Source: a virus. Taken from it: a DNA stretch of 64,000 nt. The notes below the pieces were generated by a model. That model was not told where the DNA came from. It worked only from the letters and a program-made list of their open reading frames with translations, and made no database searches. Positions 35,042 through 45,200 of this stretch are shown here, in pieces. Both the position numbers and the translations under genes were made by a program. How positions within the stretch are numbered: position 1 is the first letter of the stretch; each line of letters starts with the position of its first letter. The stretch spans positions 1 through 64,000 of IMG/VR virus record IMGVR_UViG_3300047160_003234, one strand, 5' to 3'.

Positions 35042-36142
35042 TTAGAAACGGATGATCTTGTTGACGGTTAAGCCGGGGGGGATGGTGTTATGGGCGTTGG
35101 CGGCGGCGCTGTAGTTGTTGGTCTGGCCCGTTCCGGCGTAGCCTTGCGAGGTGTTGTAGGCGTTGCCGATAGTGATGGCGGTGGCGTTGATGGTGAGGCT
35201 GGGCGCCGCGGCGCCCGTCGCATAAGAGCCGGAGCCCGGTTGCAAAAGGTACGGGGCGAAATTGCCGACGCCGTAGTAGCCAGAACTGATAAAGCCAGCG
35301 TCGTGCGTGTGGGAGCTGACCGCGCCGCTGTGGATATGTCCGCTGCCGACCCCGCCTTGCGTGTTGTCGTAGTGCTGGTGGGCGGGCATCTGGTCGATAG
35401 TCAGGGTGTGGTTCGCTTCGCCGATCGCCGCCGCCCGGCCCGAGCCCACCCACGTTCCCAGCCGCCCGCCGCTCGCGCTCCCCAAGATGACGTCGGCGCC
35501 CGTCGTGTTGCGCCCGCGAAAGTCGGGAATGGTCGCGGTCGTCGTACCGCCAAGGACCGAGACCAAGAGGTCGTAGGGCGGGTTGTTGATCGTCTGCCCG
35601 ATGCAGGGAAGCCAGCCGGGCGGCGTATAGGTTCCATACCAGTCGCGGATCGTGCCGGGCGGGCAGTCCTGATAGCCGTCCCAGAAGACCCGGTTCGGCA
35701 AGACGAGGATCGTGATCGGCAGATTGGCGCCATTGGCGTTGGAGCCGGAGGGCCAGAAGACGCCGATCGTGTCGGCCCCGCCGTTGCCGAGAATCGAGAG
35801 CTGGAATGTGGACTGCGCGAGCCCGTTGAGGATGAGCTTCCGCCCCAGCGCGCCGCCTGACGCGCCCGCAGCCGGGAAGGTGATGGTCTGATTGGAGGTG
35901 AGCGTCCCGGTCAGGGTGTAGCAGGCGTAGGAAGTCTGGGGGACGCCGTTTGAGGTGAGGGTCGCGGCCGAGAGGGCGAGGGTGCCGCCGGTCAGGCCGG
36001 AAAGGGCGAGAGTGCCGCCGAGGGCGGCGTCAATGGTGTAGAGGTCTTTGTCGGCGGGCGTGTCCCAGCCTTGGCCAGCGCCGCCGTAGTCGCCTCTGGC
36101 AGGCACCTCAAGGGCGAGAGAGCCGGTAAAGGTCGAGGCCGT
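35042..36142 (-). CDS. Tail fibre protein with collar domain (probable ACG start)
   Basis: Collar motif PPGTI..W.G...PPGWLPC.GQ...IPDFRGR; GEANHTLTIDQMPAHQH; HNTIPP...NKIIRF. Confidence 0.85.
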   Translation of the reverse strand, partial: TASTFTGSLALEVPARGDYGGAGQGWDTPADKDLYTIDAALGGTLALSGLTGGTLALSAATLTSNGVPQTSYACYTLTGTLTSNQTITFPAAGASGGALGRKLILNGLAQSTFQLSILGNGGADTIGVFWPSGSNANGANLPITILVLPNRVFWDGYQDCPPGTIRDWYGTYTPPGWLPCIGQTINNPPYDLLVSVLGGTTTATIPDFRGRNTTGADVILGSASGGRLGTWVGSGRAAAIGEANHTLTIDQMPAHQHYDNTQGGVGSGHIHSGAVSSHTHDAGFISSGYYGVGNFAPYLLQPGSGSYATGAAAPSLTINATAITIGNAYNTSQGYAGTGQTNNYSAAANAHNTIPPGLTVNKIIRF

Positions 36143-36363
36143 GTCCGCCTCCCATGGGGCGCGTGCGACGGCCTGCCCAGCCTCGCGATTCGATTAGCAC
36201 GGTCTGGTGACGCCCGCTAGACGCCAGTCTCCTTCCAATCCTCATCCGCCGTTCGGTCACGAATAAGGGTTGCGATAATCGCCTTTTGCACAAATCCATA
36301 TCGTCTTGTCATGTCGCCAATTTCTCAGGTTGCGTTGCAACGGTTGCTATGCTACGCCAGAAA

Positions 36364-36639
36364 CTATCTGTTCACCACGGTAAAACTGCGCGTCGCTGGG
36401 CGGGGACGCATCTGGTCCGTAACGCAATAGCACGTCCCGTTGTGGTAATATTTGCTCTTTTCGACCATTCCCTTTTTGATAAGACCGTTGATTGCTATCC
36501 GTATTCCACGCAATTCGTTAGGGGTCGTCACGCCGCCGGGATAAAGCACGCGGCCTATCTCCCGTACATTTTGGTCTGGATGCTGCTGCAACCACCCAAT
36601 AATACGCCTCTGTGTTTTTCCCTCGCCACTCACTTGCAT
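36364..36639 (-). CDS. Putative winged-helix DNA-binding protein
   Basis: RIIGWLQQHPDQNVREIGRVL...IRIAINGLIKKGMVEK; AT-rich insert. Confidence 0.5.
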   Translation of the reverse strand: MQVSGEGKTQRRIIGWLQQHPDQNVREIGRVLYPGGVTTPNELRGIRIAINGLIKKGMVEKSKYYHNGTCYCVTDQMRPRPATRSFTVVNR

Positions 36640-36909
36640 TGCCCTCGTATTCCGTTTAAGGGAAGTCTTGAACATAAAAGAGACATATCATGAGAAGACC
36701 TGTCAGGGAAGAGATCTCAGCGGCAACCGCCAAGAGCGTCTTCGTCGAGAGGCGGCGGAATGGGACGTGCCTCGCCAACGTAATCAAGGCAATGCAAAAT
36801 TGCTGGAAGCCAAGCAGCTAGAACAATGGGCGGCCAGCAAATTCAAAGGAAGAATTAGCTTAATAGGCGCGGAAATTTTTGGACAGCAAAACAAAATAGG
36901 AGTCGAAAA

Positions 36910-37155
36910 ATGGAATGGCTTATCGGGTTCGCTATCGTTCTTGCGCCATCGATCATCGCCTCGATGCGAGGCAATCCAGCTATGGGAACGATCATCGCCC
37001 TGAATTTTGGGGCGATCGTTCTTGTCGTACTCCAACTGAACTGGATGGATGACCCTAATCACCATCCAGGGATGGAAGGTATCCTCGCGGCCCTTGCCTA
37101 TGGCGGCGCTTGGTTCACCAGCTTTTTCTGGGCGCTGAAGCCAATCACTGCATAG
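36910..37155 (+). CDS. Superinfection immunity (T4 Imm-like) membrane protein
   Basis: LAPSIIASMRG...IIALN...W..SFFWA resembles the Imm pattern; antisense moron with strong SD. Confidence 0.6.
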   Translation: MEWLIGFAIVLAPSIIASMRGNPAMGTIIALNFGAIVLVVLQLNWMDDPNHHPGMEGILAALAYGGAWFTSFFWALKPITA

Positions 37156-39268
37156 CAGGAACGCCGAGATTGCCGCCCCATTCGCCACCGAACTTGGATA
37201 GTCCCGGTGCGACTGGATTAGTGGCGTTGGCGCGCAGAAAGGCGTTCGTACGATATAGCGCATTCATCATCCACGGATGTCTGGCGGCGTAGGTCACCGC
37301 TCTATTGGCGACCGCCGGATTGGGAGAGACGAGTTGGCGCGCGATCTGCTCCATCACTCTCGCGTTCTGAGTGGTGCGATATCTATTCATCACTCCTAGA
37401 AAAGCGCCCCCTGCGGCGCCCCACGCCATGTTGGCCGCGGTCTGCCCCCAAGTTGCGTTCTCCGGCGTTTTCTCGAAACCGAGGCCAGCACCCACGAGAC
37501 CTCCGCTGATAGGAGCGCTAAATCCAGTGGCGATGTCGTGCAGCAGGCCGCCAGATGGCCCGGCCGCCTCTCTTGCCGCCGCCGTTATCTGCTGCGCGGT
37601 GGTCGAATTGCCCATGATCTTGGCGCGGGCCATGTTCATTGCGTCTTCGCGGAGCAGATAAGCATAGATTTGATTCGCTCGATCAGGCCCTAGCCCCATC
37701 GCAAGCTTCTGCCGCATCGCTTCGTTGTTGAACATGTTGACGATGTCGCGCGTGTCGCTCGGAGTCTCCGCCGCTTGAATGACCTGAGAAGCGAGCCCGC
37801 GAGCGAACATCTCCTTCTCGGAGTCGGAGTAGCCGTTCCATTTCGCTTCGATCTTGGGCGCCGCTTTCTTCGCGCCAAAATAATTCTCGCCGTTCTCTAG
37901 CGCGCCCTGAAGACGGAAGACGCGGGCCGCGTTGCCGCGCGCCTGTTCGTATGATGGCATCGCCTGCTCAAGCTCGTCGATCAGCATATCCTTGATGCCG
38001 CCGATGTCGCGGGCGTCATCGAGATTGCCGCTGTTGCGGGCCGCGCTGATCCTGTCGTCGAGAGAACGCTTGACCTGATCCCAGAATCTCCCGCTGGGCA
38101 GTCCCACGAAGTTCCCTTGCGCGTCGGTGCGCGGCGCCCAGCCTGTTGCAGTTTCGACGAAGGGATTCTTCGGGATCTCGAATCCGTTTTGCACCGCATA
38201 ATTTGCGGCCTTCTTTTGCGCCTGCCCGATTGCCGATTGAACGTCTGGCGAGCGCATCAGATTGGCGAGCCCAGCGCTCCAGATGCCGGGGTCGCCTTCG
38301 GCAAAGGCCTGCGCGTAAGCGGGATCGTTGATCACCTTCGCAGTCCGCCTGATTCCCATCCGCGTCTCTTCGGGATCGAGACTGCCGGTGAACATGCCGG
38401 AGACAAAGTCGGAGAACCGAGATGCTTGCGACCGATAGCGCTCCATCAAGGGCGTGGCGAGCGTCTCGGCAGCGGTCGGCGAGATATTGGCGGCTGTCCT
38501 CCCCAAAGTACGGAGGTTCTCACCGCCCACATCGATAGGCATCGTCGGCTGACCAGCGGCGCGAGCAGCAGCCATATCTGTAGGCGTCAGGGTCGGCGTG
38601 TCGATGGCTGTCTTTTCGGCAATACGGCGTGCAGCTTCAGTCGCTGGATCGTAGAGGCCCAAAGAACGCCCAGCCAAGCCAGCCGCCTTGCCAAGCGCTC
38701 TGCCTAGCGGCTCGGCCGCCGCGCCGCCGATGCCGCCCAGCCCTGCGCCCAGCGCCGTTGCCGTGGGATCGAAGCCCGTATCAGCACCGGCATACAGGCC
38801 GCCGTAGCCAGCGCCTACCGCGCCGTAACCAAGCAGTGGCGCAATTCTGGCAGCTGATGGAACCGCAGCGGTTACGCCACGAGAAACCCAGCCTGCGGGA
38901 CCGGCGAATGGCAATGCTCCCGCCGCGCCTATCGCAGCCCCGGCGTAATAGGGGATCGCCCCAGCTTGCGACGACTCGCGAGCGATGCGGGCGCGGTTCT
39001 CAGCGTAGCTCGTGCTGGGAGGTTCTGCGCCGAGCGCCCATTTCGGCAGAACTTTTGCCGCAGCAGTCTCTAGCCCGGCTCCAATCGCATCCGCTCCCGG
39101 TATCACTTCCGCGAGCCCGAGGCCGAGAGATCTCCCGAAGCCCGGTCTGTCTCCTCCAGCGCTCTCCGCTCCCGGCGTCACCCAATCGTCCTTACCGGCG
39201 CCGCCGCTAGGAAGAGCTGGAGCGCCGCCGCCGGAACCCGGCGTCACCCAATCGTCAACGGGACTCAT
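37145..39268 (-). CDS. Internal virion/DNA ejection protein
   Basis: Ala/Gly-rich TM-like stretches, DDWVTPG repeat, helical body; follows the large ejection gene. Confidence 0.7.
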   Translation of the reverse strand: MSPVDDWVTPGSGGGAPALPSGGAGKDDWVTPGAESAGGDRPGFGRSLGLGLAEVIPGADAIGAGLETAAAKVLPKWALGAEPPSTSYAENRARIARESSQAGAIPYYAGAAIGAAGALPFAGPAGWVSRGVTAAVPSAARIAPLLGYGAVGAGYGGLYAGADTGFDPTATALGAGLGGIGGAAAEPLGRALGKAAGLAGRSLGLYDPATEAARRIAEKTAIDTPTLTPTDMAAARAAGQPTMPIDVGGENLRTLGRTAANISPTAAETLATPLMERYRSQASRFSDFVSGMFTGSLDPEETRMGIRRTAKVINDPAYAQAFAEGDPGIWSAGLANLMRSPDVQSAIGQAQKKAANYAVQNGFEIPKNPFVETATGWAPRTDAQGNFVGLPSGRFWDQVKRSLDDRISAARNSGNLDDARDIGGIKDMLIDELEQAMPSYEQARGNAARVFRLQGALENGENYFGAKKAAPKIEAKWNGYSDSEKEMFARGLASQVIQAAETPSDTRDIVNMFNNEAMRQKLAMGLGPDRANQIYAYLLREDAMNMARAKIMGNSTTAQQITAAAREAAGPSGGLLHDIATGFSAPISGGLVGAGLGFEKTPENATWGQTAANMAWGAAGGAFLGVMNRYRTTQNARVMEQIARQLVSPNPAVANRAVTYAARHPWMMNALYRTNAFLRANATNPVAPGLSKFGGEWGGNLGVPAMQ

Positions 39269-42200
39269 ATTGGTTTCCCGCTGGCGTCATAAAGCTTGCC
39301 GCTGGGGTCGCGCCATTGGTTGCGGCTGGGGCTATATTGCGAACCAGCCGGGAGATTAGTCGGCTGAGTTGGAATTGTTCCGGCGCTAACGCCTTTCGGT
39401 CGACCCGCCGTTAGATCGGGATTGATGTAAGTGGAATATGGATGGGCCTCATGCCATTCGGCGCGGAAGCGATTGGGAGTAAGCGCGCCCGCCCCCTCAT
39501 TGTCCCGCCACTTCAAAAATGCATTGGAGTAATCAAGCTCCTGTTTGATCCCGGCGCGCAGCCGGTCGATAAGATACATATTCGCCGCTTCCGGCATATC
39601 CGGGCCGGGCACCTGTCGGCCTGCGCCTTGCAATTCCATGTTGCGGACTTGGCCTTTCATCGTCCTGACGACGTCGAACGATTCGGCGCTCGCGATCTTG
39701 GCCGCTTCAAAGACCCTTGCTGGATCTCCCCAAGGAATGCCCAGCCTTTGCGCGACCGCTTGAGCATTGGCTAGCGCCTCAGTGCCGGGGCCTGAGTTTA
39801 GTCCCTTGAGCAAGGCCTGTGCATCGTTCAGTCTCTCATACGCCGTCTGCAACTGCGGCAGCTTCTCCGCGACGTCACCTTCCTCCTCGCTCATGTCTTT
39901 CTGAGCGGCCTCGCCATAGGCCCCGGCCCCGCGCTTGGCCTGCTCGGCGCCAGCCTGCTGGCGAATGAGGCTCGGCGACATGACAATACCGTTCGGCGTC
40001 ATGATCGTGCCGCTCTTCAGGGCCTCCATCATCTGCGACCGGATCGAGGTCGCGATCCCCGGCTGGGAGATGCCCGCGACCTCCAGAGCGTAGGTGCGCT
40101 GGAACTGGCGTTCGAGATCCGCATAGGCGGCGTTGAAGGCCGCGTCTCCCGGTGCGGTTGCGCCCGTCCCAGCGCCTCCCGGTGCGGTTGCCGTCGCAGC
40201 CGGGCTCACGCCCCCCGCCGGAGCCGAAGGCGCGCTAGGGCCGCTGGGAGCCCCGCTGGCGGGCATGGGCGCCCCTTGGCCTCCTTGTGCCGGGGAGGTC
40301 GTCGGAGGGGCTCCAGCGGTCACGCCAGCGGCTTCTTTCGCGACGGGCGAGGCAGCAGCGACGCCGGGAAGCAATCCCTGCTGCTGTAAGACCGCGCGCT
40401 TCAGTTGGAGGTTCATCTTCGCCTGTTCCATCGCGAGGTCGAGATTCTCGACTTGGAACGGCAGCTCGGCGTCTCGGAGTCGCGCTTCCGAGGACAGGTT
40501 GTTGATCTGGGCTTGGTTGAGGTTGAACTGGTTCGACAGCTCGCGCGACTTCTGCATGTAGTTGACGCCAGCCTGCATGCCTTCGCCTATGGCGACACCC
40601 TTCCATGGAGAGCGCGAGGCGAGGATGCCTGCGCCCATGGCCATGAGCGTCCCGGGCCAGTCGGTCTGCGGTCCCGTCTGCTGCGGCTGTTGCTGCTGAC
40701 CTCTCCCGGGGAGCATGAAATTCGCCTGCGTTTCCTGCCCGCCAGCCACCGGCATATCGGCGATCTTGCTCCCCTCGCTGCCTCCGCCGATGCCGGTCCA
40801 CCTATTGTAGCCAAGCTTGTTCATGGTGGTCTGCCACGGTCCCCAGCCGCCAGCCGCCGCCTTGCCTAGCCCGTAGGTGATCTGGTCGCGCCATGTCGAG
40901 GGATCACGGGCGTCGAGCCCCGTCTCGTGGGTGAACTGGTCGCCCATCGCTCCCTGCCCCGTGTAGTGAAGCTGGAGAGGGCCAAACGATGTCCTGTCGT
41001 CGCCGCTATAGGCCCGACCGTAATTGCTCTCGATCCTGACAAAGTTCGACGCGACATCGGGATCGATGCCGAGGCGCGAAGCCTCTGAGCGAGTCCATCC
41101 TTCGACATTCTGCGGTGTCATCGCGTTCGCGACAGCGCTGGCGCCAACTTCAGAATGTGGTCCCGGCCGCGGCGCGTCGGTCAGGGGCGTGTCAGGGGTG
41201 ACGTCAGCCGGTGGTGCGCCGCCTTCGGCGAAAGGGCGCCGCGCCGCCCCTCCCCGAGCGAAGAGGCCAGCGTTCACAAGGTCGGCTTCGCTCAACGTGC
41301 CGAAATCGAGGCTGGCATTGGGAATGACATCAGCCCCGATGGCGTTGGCGAGATCGCCATAAGTGGCGTCGCCTGCCACGCTGACAGGCTGATTTGAAGC
41401 CACGGTTCTCGCCTTCGTCATATTGTTTTGGATGTTCTGAAGCTGCTTGGCGTTGTACTCGGGCGAACCGATCTGCTGGCTCGGGTCTTGCTGCTGCTGG
41501 TGGTTCGCCGGAAAGGTCGGCTTGTCGTGGCTCGGGGGCATCGACGACTCGATCGCCGCCCCCAGAATGCCGAGGTTGCCGTACGGATCTTGCGGAGCGC
41601 CGCCGCCTTGGAAGCCGTGCCTGTCGCCGAAGAGGCTGGCGAAGGACGGCGTATTCTGGCCCCATGAGGACGGCATCGAGCCGCCGTCGCCGCCGACGCT
41701 GGTTGAGTTCATCGCCCCGGTAAGCGGCGCCTGCCCGAGGACGCCGCCCGAGGCGCGGCCGATGCGTCCTCCGCGCGCCATCGGGCCTTGGTCGCCATGC
41801 ATGAGGGCGTCGATGTCAGTCTGCGAGTAAGGCGAACGGTAGTCGGGCGCGAGCGCCCCGCCTTCGCCCTCCCATGCGCCAAGGCCCGAGGTGTCATCGC
41901 CAAGATTGATCACCCCATGATGGGGCCAGTATTCGGGCGGCAATTCCCCGGTCTCGGCTGGGGTCGACTGGAGGAGTCCTCTCGCCGTAGTCAGCGCCCG
42001 GCCAGCGGGCGTCATCCGAAGAAGAGTCCCCAAGCCGAAACTGCTCGGCGCGCGAGAAGCGTTAGGCAAGGCGTCGAGATATTCCGGTTGGCCGGTCGTG
42101 GGGTTTTGATAGGCTGTCGCCGGAAGGCCGCTGGGATCGCGCGCGCCCCAAGGGCCGAACCCTGGCCGCAGCCCCGGTCGCAAAGTGTCGGGATCGACGG

Positions 42201-45200
42201 GCTCGCCTGCCTGATTGGTAATGCGCCATTTCCCCATCGGCCGCGGCAAAGGGCCTGCCGCGGGGGCGGTATCCACTGGCGTTCCAGGGATGGCCGAGCT
42301 TAACGGATCGTAGCGCACGGGCGCTTCGGCCCTTGGCATGGGACGCGCTGTGGGCATAGGCGGCGCAGGACGGCGAGGCGGCATGGGCACATGACGGGCC
42401 GCCGGATGCTCCAGCGGGACTGGAGGCCCCTGTGGGCTGACAGGCGGATGGTAAGCCGCCGCTCGGGCGTTGCCGCTCATCGGCGTGTAGTAACTGAAGC
42501 GCGGATCGTCGAGCATCGGCGTTCCGCCATCTTGGAAGCCCGGCCGCACATAGCCGCCTCCGGCGAAGAGCCCGGCTTCAGGACGCACTGGGCTGAGATC
42601 GGTATCGATCAGCGGCTCCTGCGGTCCCATTCCCGGCGCAGAGCGGAAGCGGCCTTCTCCCGGCGAGGCGAAGTCCGGGGAGAAATCTCCGTAATCAGGA
42701 ACCGTGGTCACCGGAGGTTGAAAGCGCGCGCGCGCTTCAGGGTCCATCGGCCCGGTCGCGGTGGGCTGGCTCCTCGCCATGATCTCCGGGTCCATAGGTC
42801 CCGTCGGCTGGAACTGGCTGCGCGCGTGGGGGCCGACGCCATGTCTCTGTCGCATGATGCGACGCGCCATCGTCACCGCCGGGTGCTCGACCGGCGCTGG
42901 CGCTTGACCGCCGCCGCCTCCAAAAAGGCGCGAGAGATCGAGGGCGGTGTAGGCTGGGCCGCCCATGTAATTGACGGTGGTGAACGGCGCTCCCCCGCCC
43001 TGATAGCCGGGACGACGCATGACAGTCCCTCCTTCCGCTCTTCCGGCCGTTGGGCTCCCGGGGAGATTCCCCGGAAAGAGCCCGAAGGTTATCATATTCA
43101 TGACATCCCACGGGTCCATCCGGTTCCCGCCGCCAAGAGCACCGAGGCCGCCTCCGCTCGCCGGGGCAGGGCTCGCTGCGGGAGCCGGGGCAGGCGCAGG
43201 AGCTGGGGCCGGGAATGCCGAGGCCGCCTGCCCGCCGGGCATGGTGCTCGTTCCCGTCTCTGCCTGCCCTGACCCGAACAGACCTTTAAGCGAGGCCTCC
43301 GCGGCCGAGGTCTGGGGATCGTTGATCGGGTTCTGCCAGTCGATCGTACGAAGGGCTGGCGGAGACATGCCATAGGTCGGATCGAAGGTCTGTCCCGCCC
43401 CGGGCAGATTGCCGCTCTGGGCGAGCGTCGTTCCGAAGCCGCCGACGCCGCTGCTTCCTCCCGTTCCGCCAGCTCCCGCAGCCCCGGTATAGGCTTGGAA
43501 GAGCGCGTTGGCGGGGCTTGTGCTCGCTGGCGTGTCGGGGTTCTCGATGGCGTTGATGATGGAGGGGTCGACGTAGGGCTCGCTCAAGTAGCCGCCCGTC
43601 GCTCGCCCGATCCGGCCGCCGTGGGCATGGCCTCCATGGCCGACGTAAGGCGCTGCCGTTGAGGGAAGGTCGCGCCCCATGAGCATTGCCGTTTCGACGT
43701 TGGTGTTCGGGGCGGTCGGAACATTTCCTAAGCTTTCCGGCGACACTCCAAAGAAACTGGCGATCCCCATCGGCCCAGCGACCGCCGTGGGGCCTGTCGC
43801 GGGAGAAGGCGCCTGCGCGGCCGCTCTCGGCGAGACCAGCGAATTCGGCTGGCCGAACTGGGCCTCGATCGAAGGATCGAGCGCGAGTGGCCCGAATGGG
43901 TTTGTCGGCGAAGTCGCCACCTGTCCGCCGGGAACGTCACCCAGCGTGCCGGGCGTCGCGCCTTTGTTGCCGAAATAGCCGGGAAGGCCCTGCGGCGTTC
44001 CTCTAGTCGTGCCGATGGTCGTGCCGATGGTCGAGCCGGGGCCGAGGCCGCCCATGACCTGTCCGAAAGTTGGCGCGCTGGCGAACGGCAAGCCGTAGAA
44101 GGCGGCCGGGCCCAAATTGGCGAGGGTCTTATTTTGGAGCGCCGCAAGAGCAGCAGATTCCCCCTGTGAATTTAAGGTGACAGGAGCGCCGTAATCCCCG
44201 GTTCCGCCTGCGCGCAAGGTTGATTTATTGGCTTGGCCGGTAAAGCCGCCCGGGGGGCCGCCGGGAGTCCCCGGCGCGGAAGTCGCCGATGGCCCTTCGG
44301 CCGCGTTCGCGGTGCCGACAAAGCCCCCAAGCCCGCCAAAACCCCATCCAGAATTACCCGATGGTCCCGGCGCTTGGGCTGTTGCTGTCGAAGCAGGGCC
44401 GCCTTCATCACCCGTCGCCGCGGCGTCGCTGCCGATCCCGCCAACATGCCCGAAAGAGGTCGGTCCCACCGCCGATACGCTAGCCCCGCTCAAGCCAAAG
44501 CCGCTGGAATCGCCGCCCTCGCCGTCGCCGCCCTCGCCGTCGCCGCTAGCATCGCCGCCGTTGAAAAACCCGATGCGCCCGCCGAAGGCGGCCCGTCCCG
44601 GGGTCGGTGTCGTGCCAGCCTCAAGTCCGCCTGTCGGCGTCATCATCGAGGCGTAGCGGGCGTAGGGGCTCATGCCCACCGCGGCGGTGCCGACGCCCAA
44701 GTTCCGCATCGCCATCTGCGCCGGGTTCTGGGGAAGCTGGAAACGGTTGGCGCTCGGCGGCTGCATCCTCGCAGCGTTGCCCGCGAGAGCCATCCCGCCC
44801 GGGACCACGCCCGGGTTCGGCATCGGCGCAGGCGCCCCGCCCATCTGGAAGTGGCCGCGGCCCGCCGCCTCGTCGGTCGCCGCGCCGTAGTCGAGCTTCT
44901 TCAGATCGCCGAGACCGGATGGGTGGACCGCCTCTGGGTGTCTCCCTTCGGTCTCCTGCGCGAGAAGCCCGATCTGGATGCGCGGATCACCCCGATAGTT
45001 GAAGCGGTGAATGGTCTGGCCGTCGTAGGTCTGGCCGATGGGCTCGATATTCTCCTTTGTCCTGACGTCGGAGAAGGGCAGCGCCGACATCAGGGCGCTG
45101 CCTATGCCCCCGGCGACTGACGACGAGGGCGCGCTGAGAAAGTTTCCGAGGAGGCCTAACCCGCTCAGCCCGTAGCCCAGCGTCTGCGCTCCGGCGTTCG

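Noticed and set aside
30477-36142. Diversity-generating retroelement targeting fibre genes
   Set aside because: No reverse transcriptase or template/variable repeat pair seen in the window
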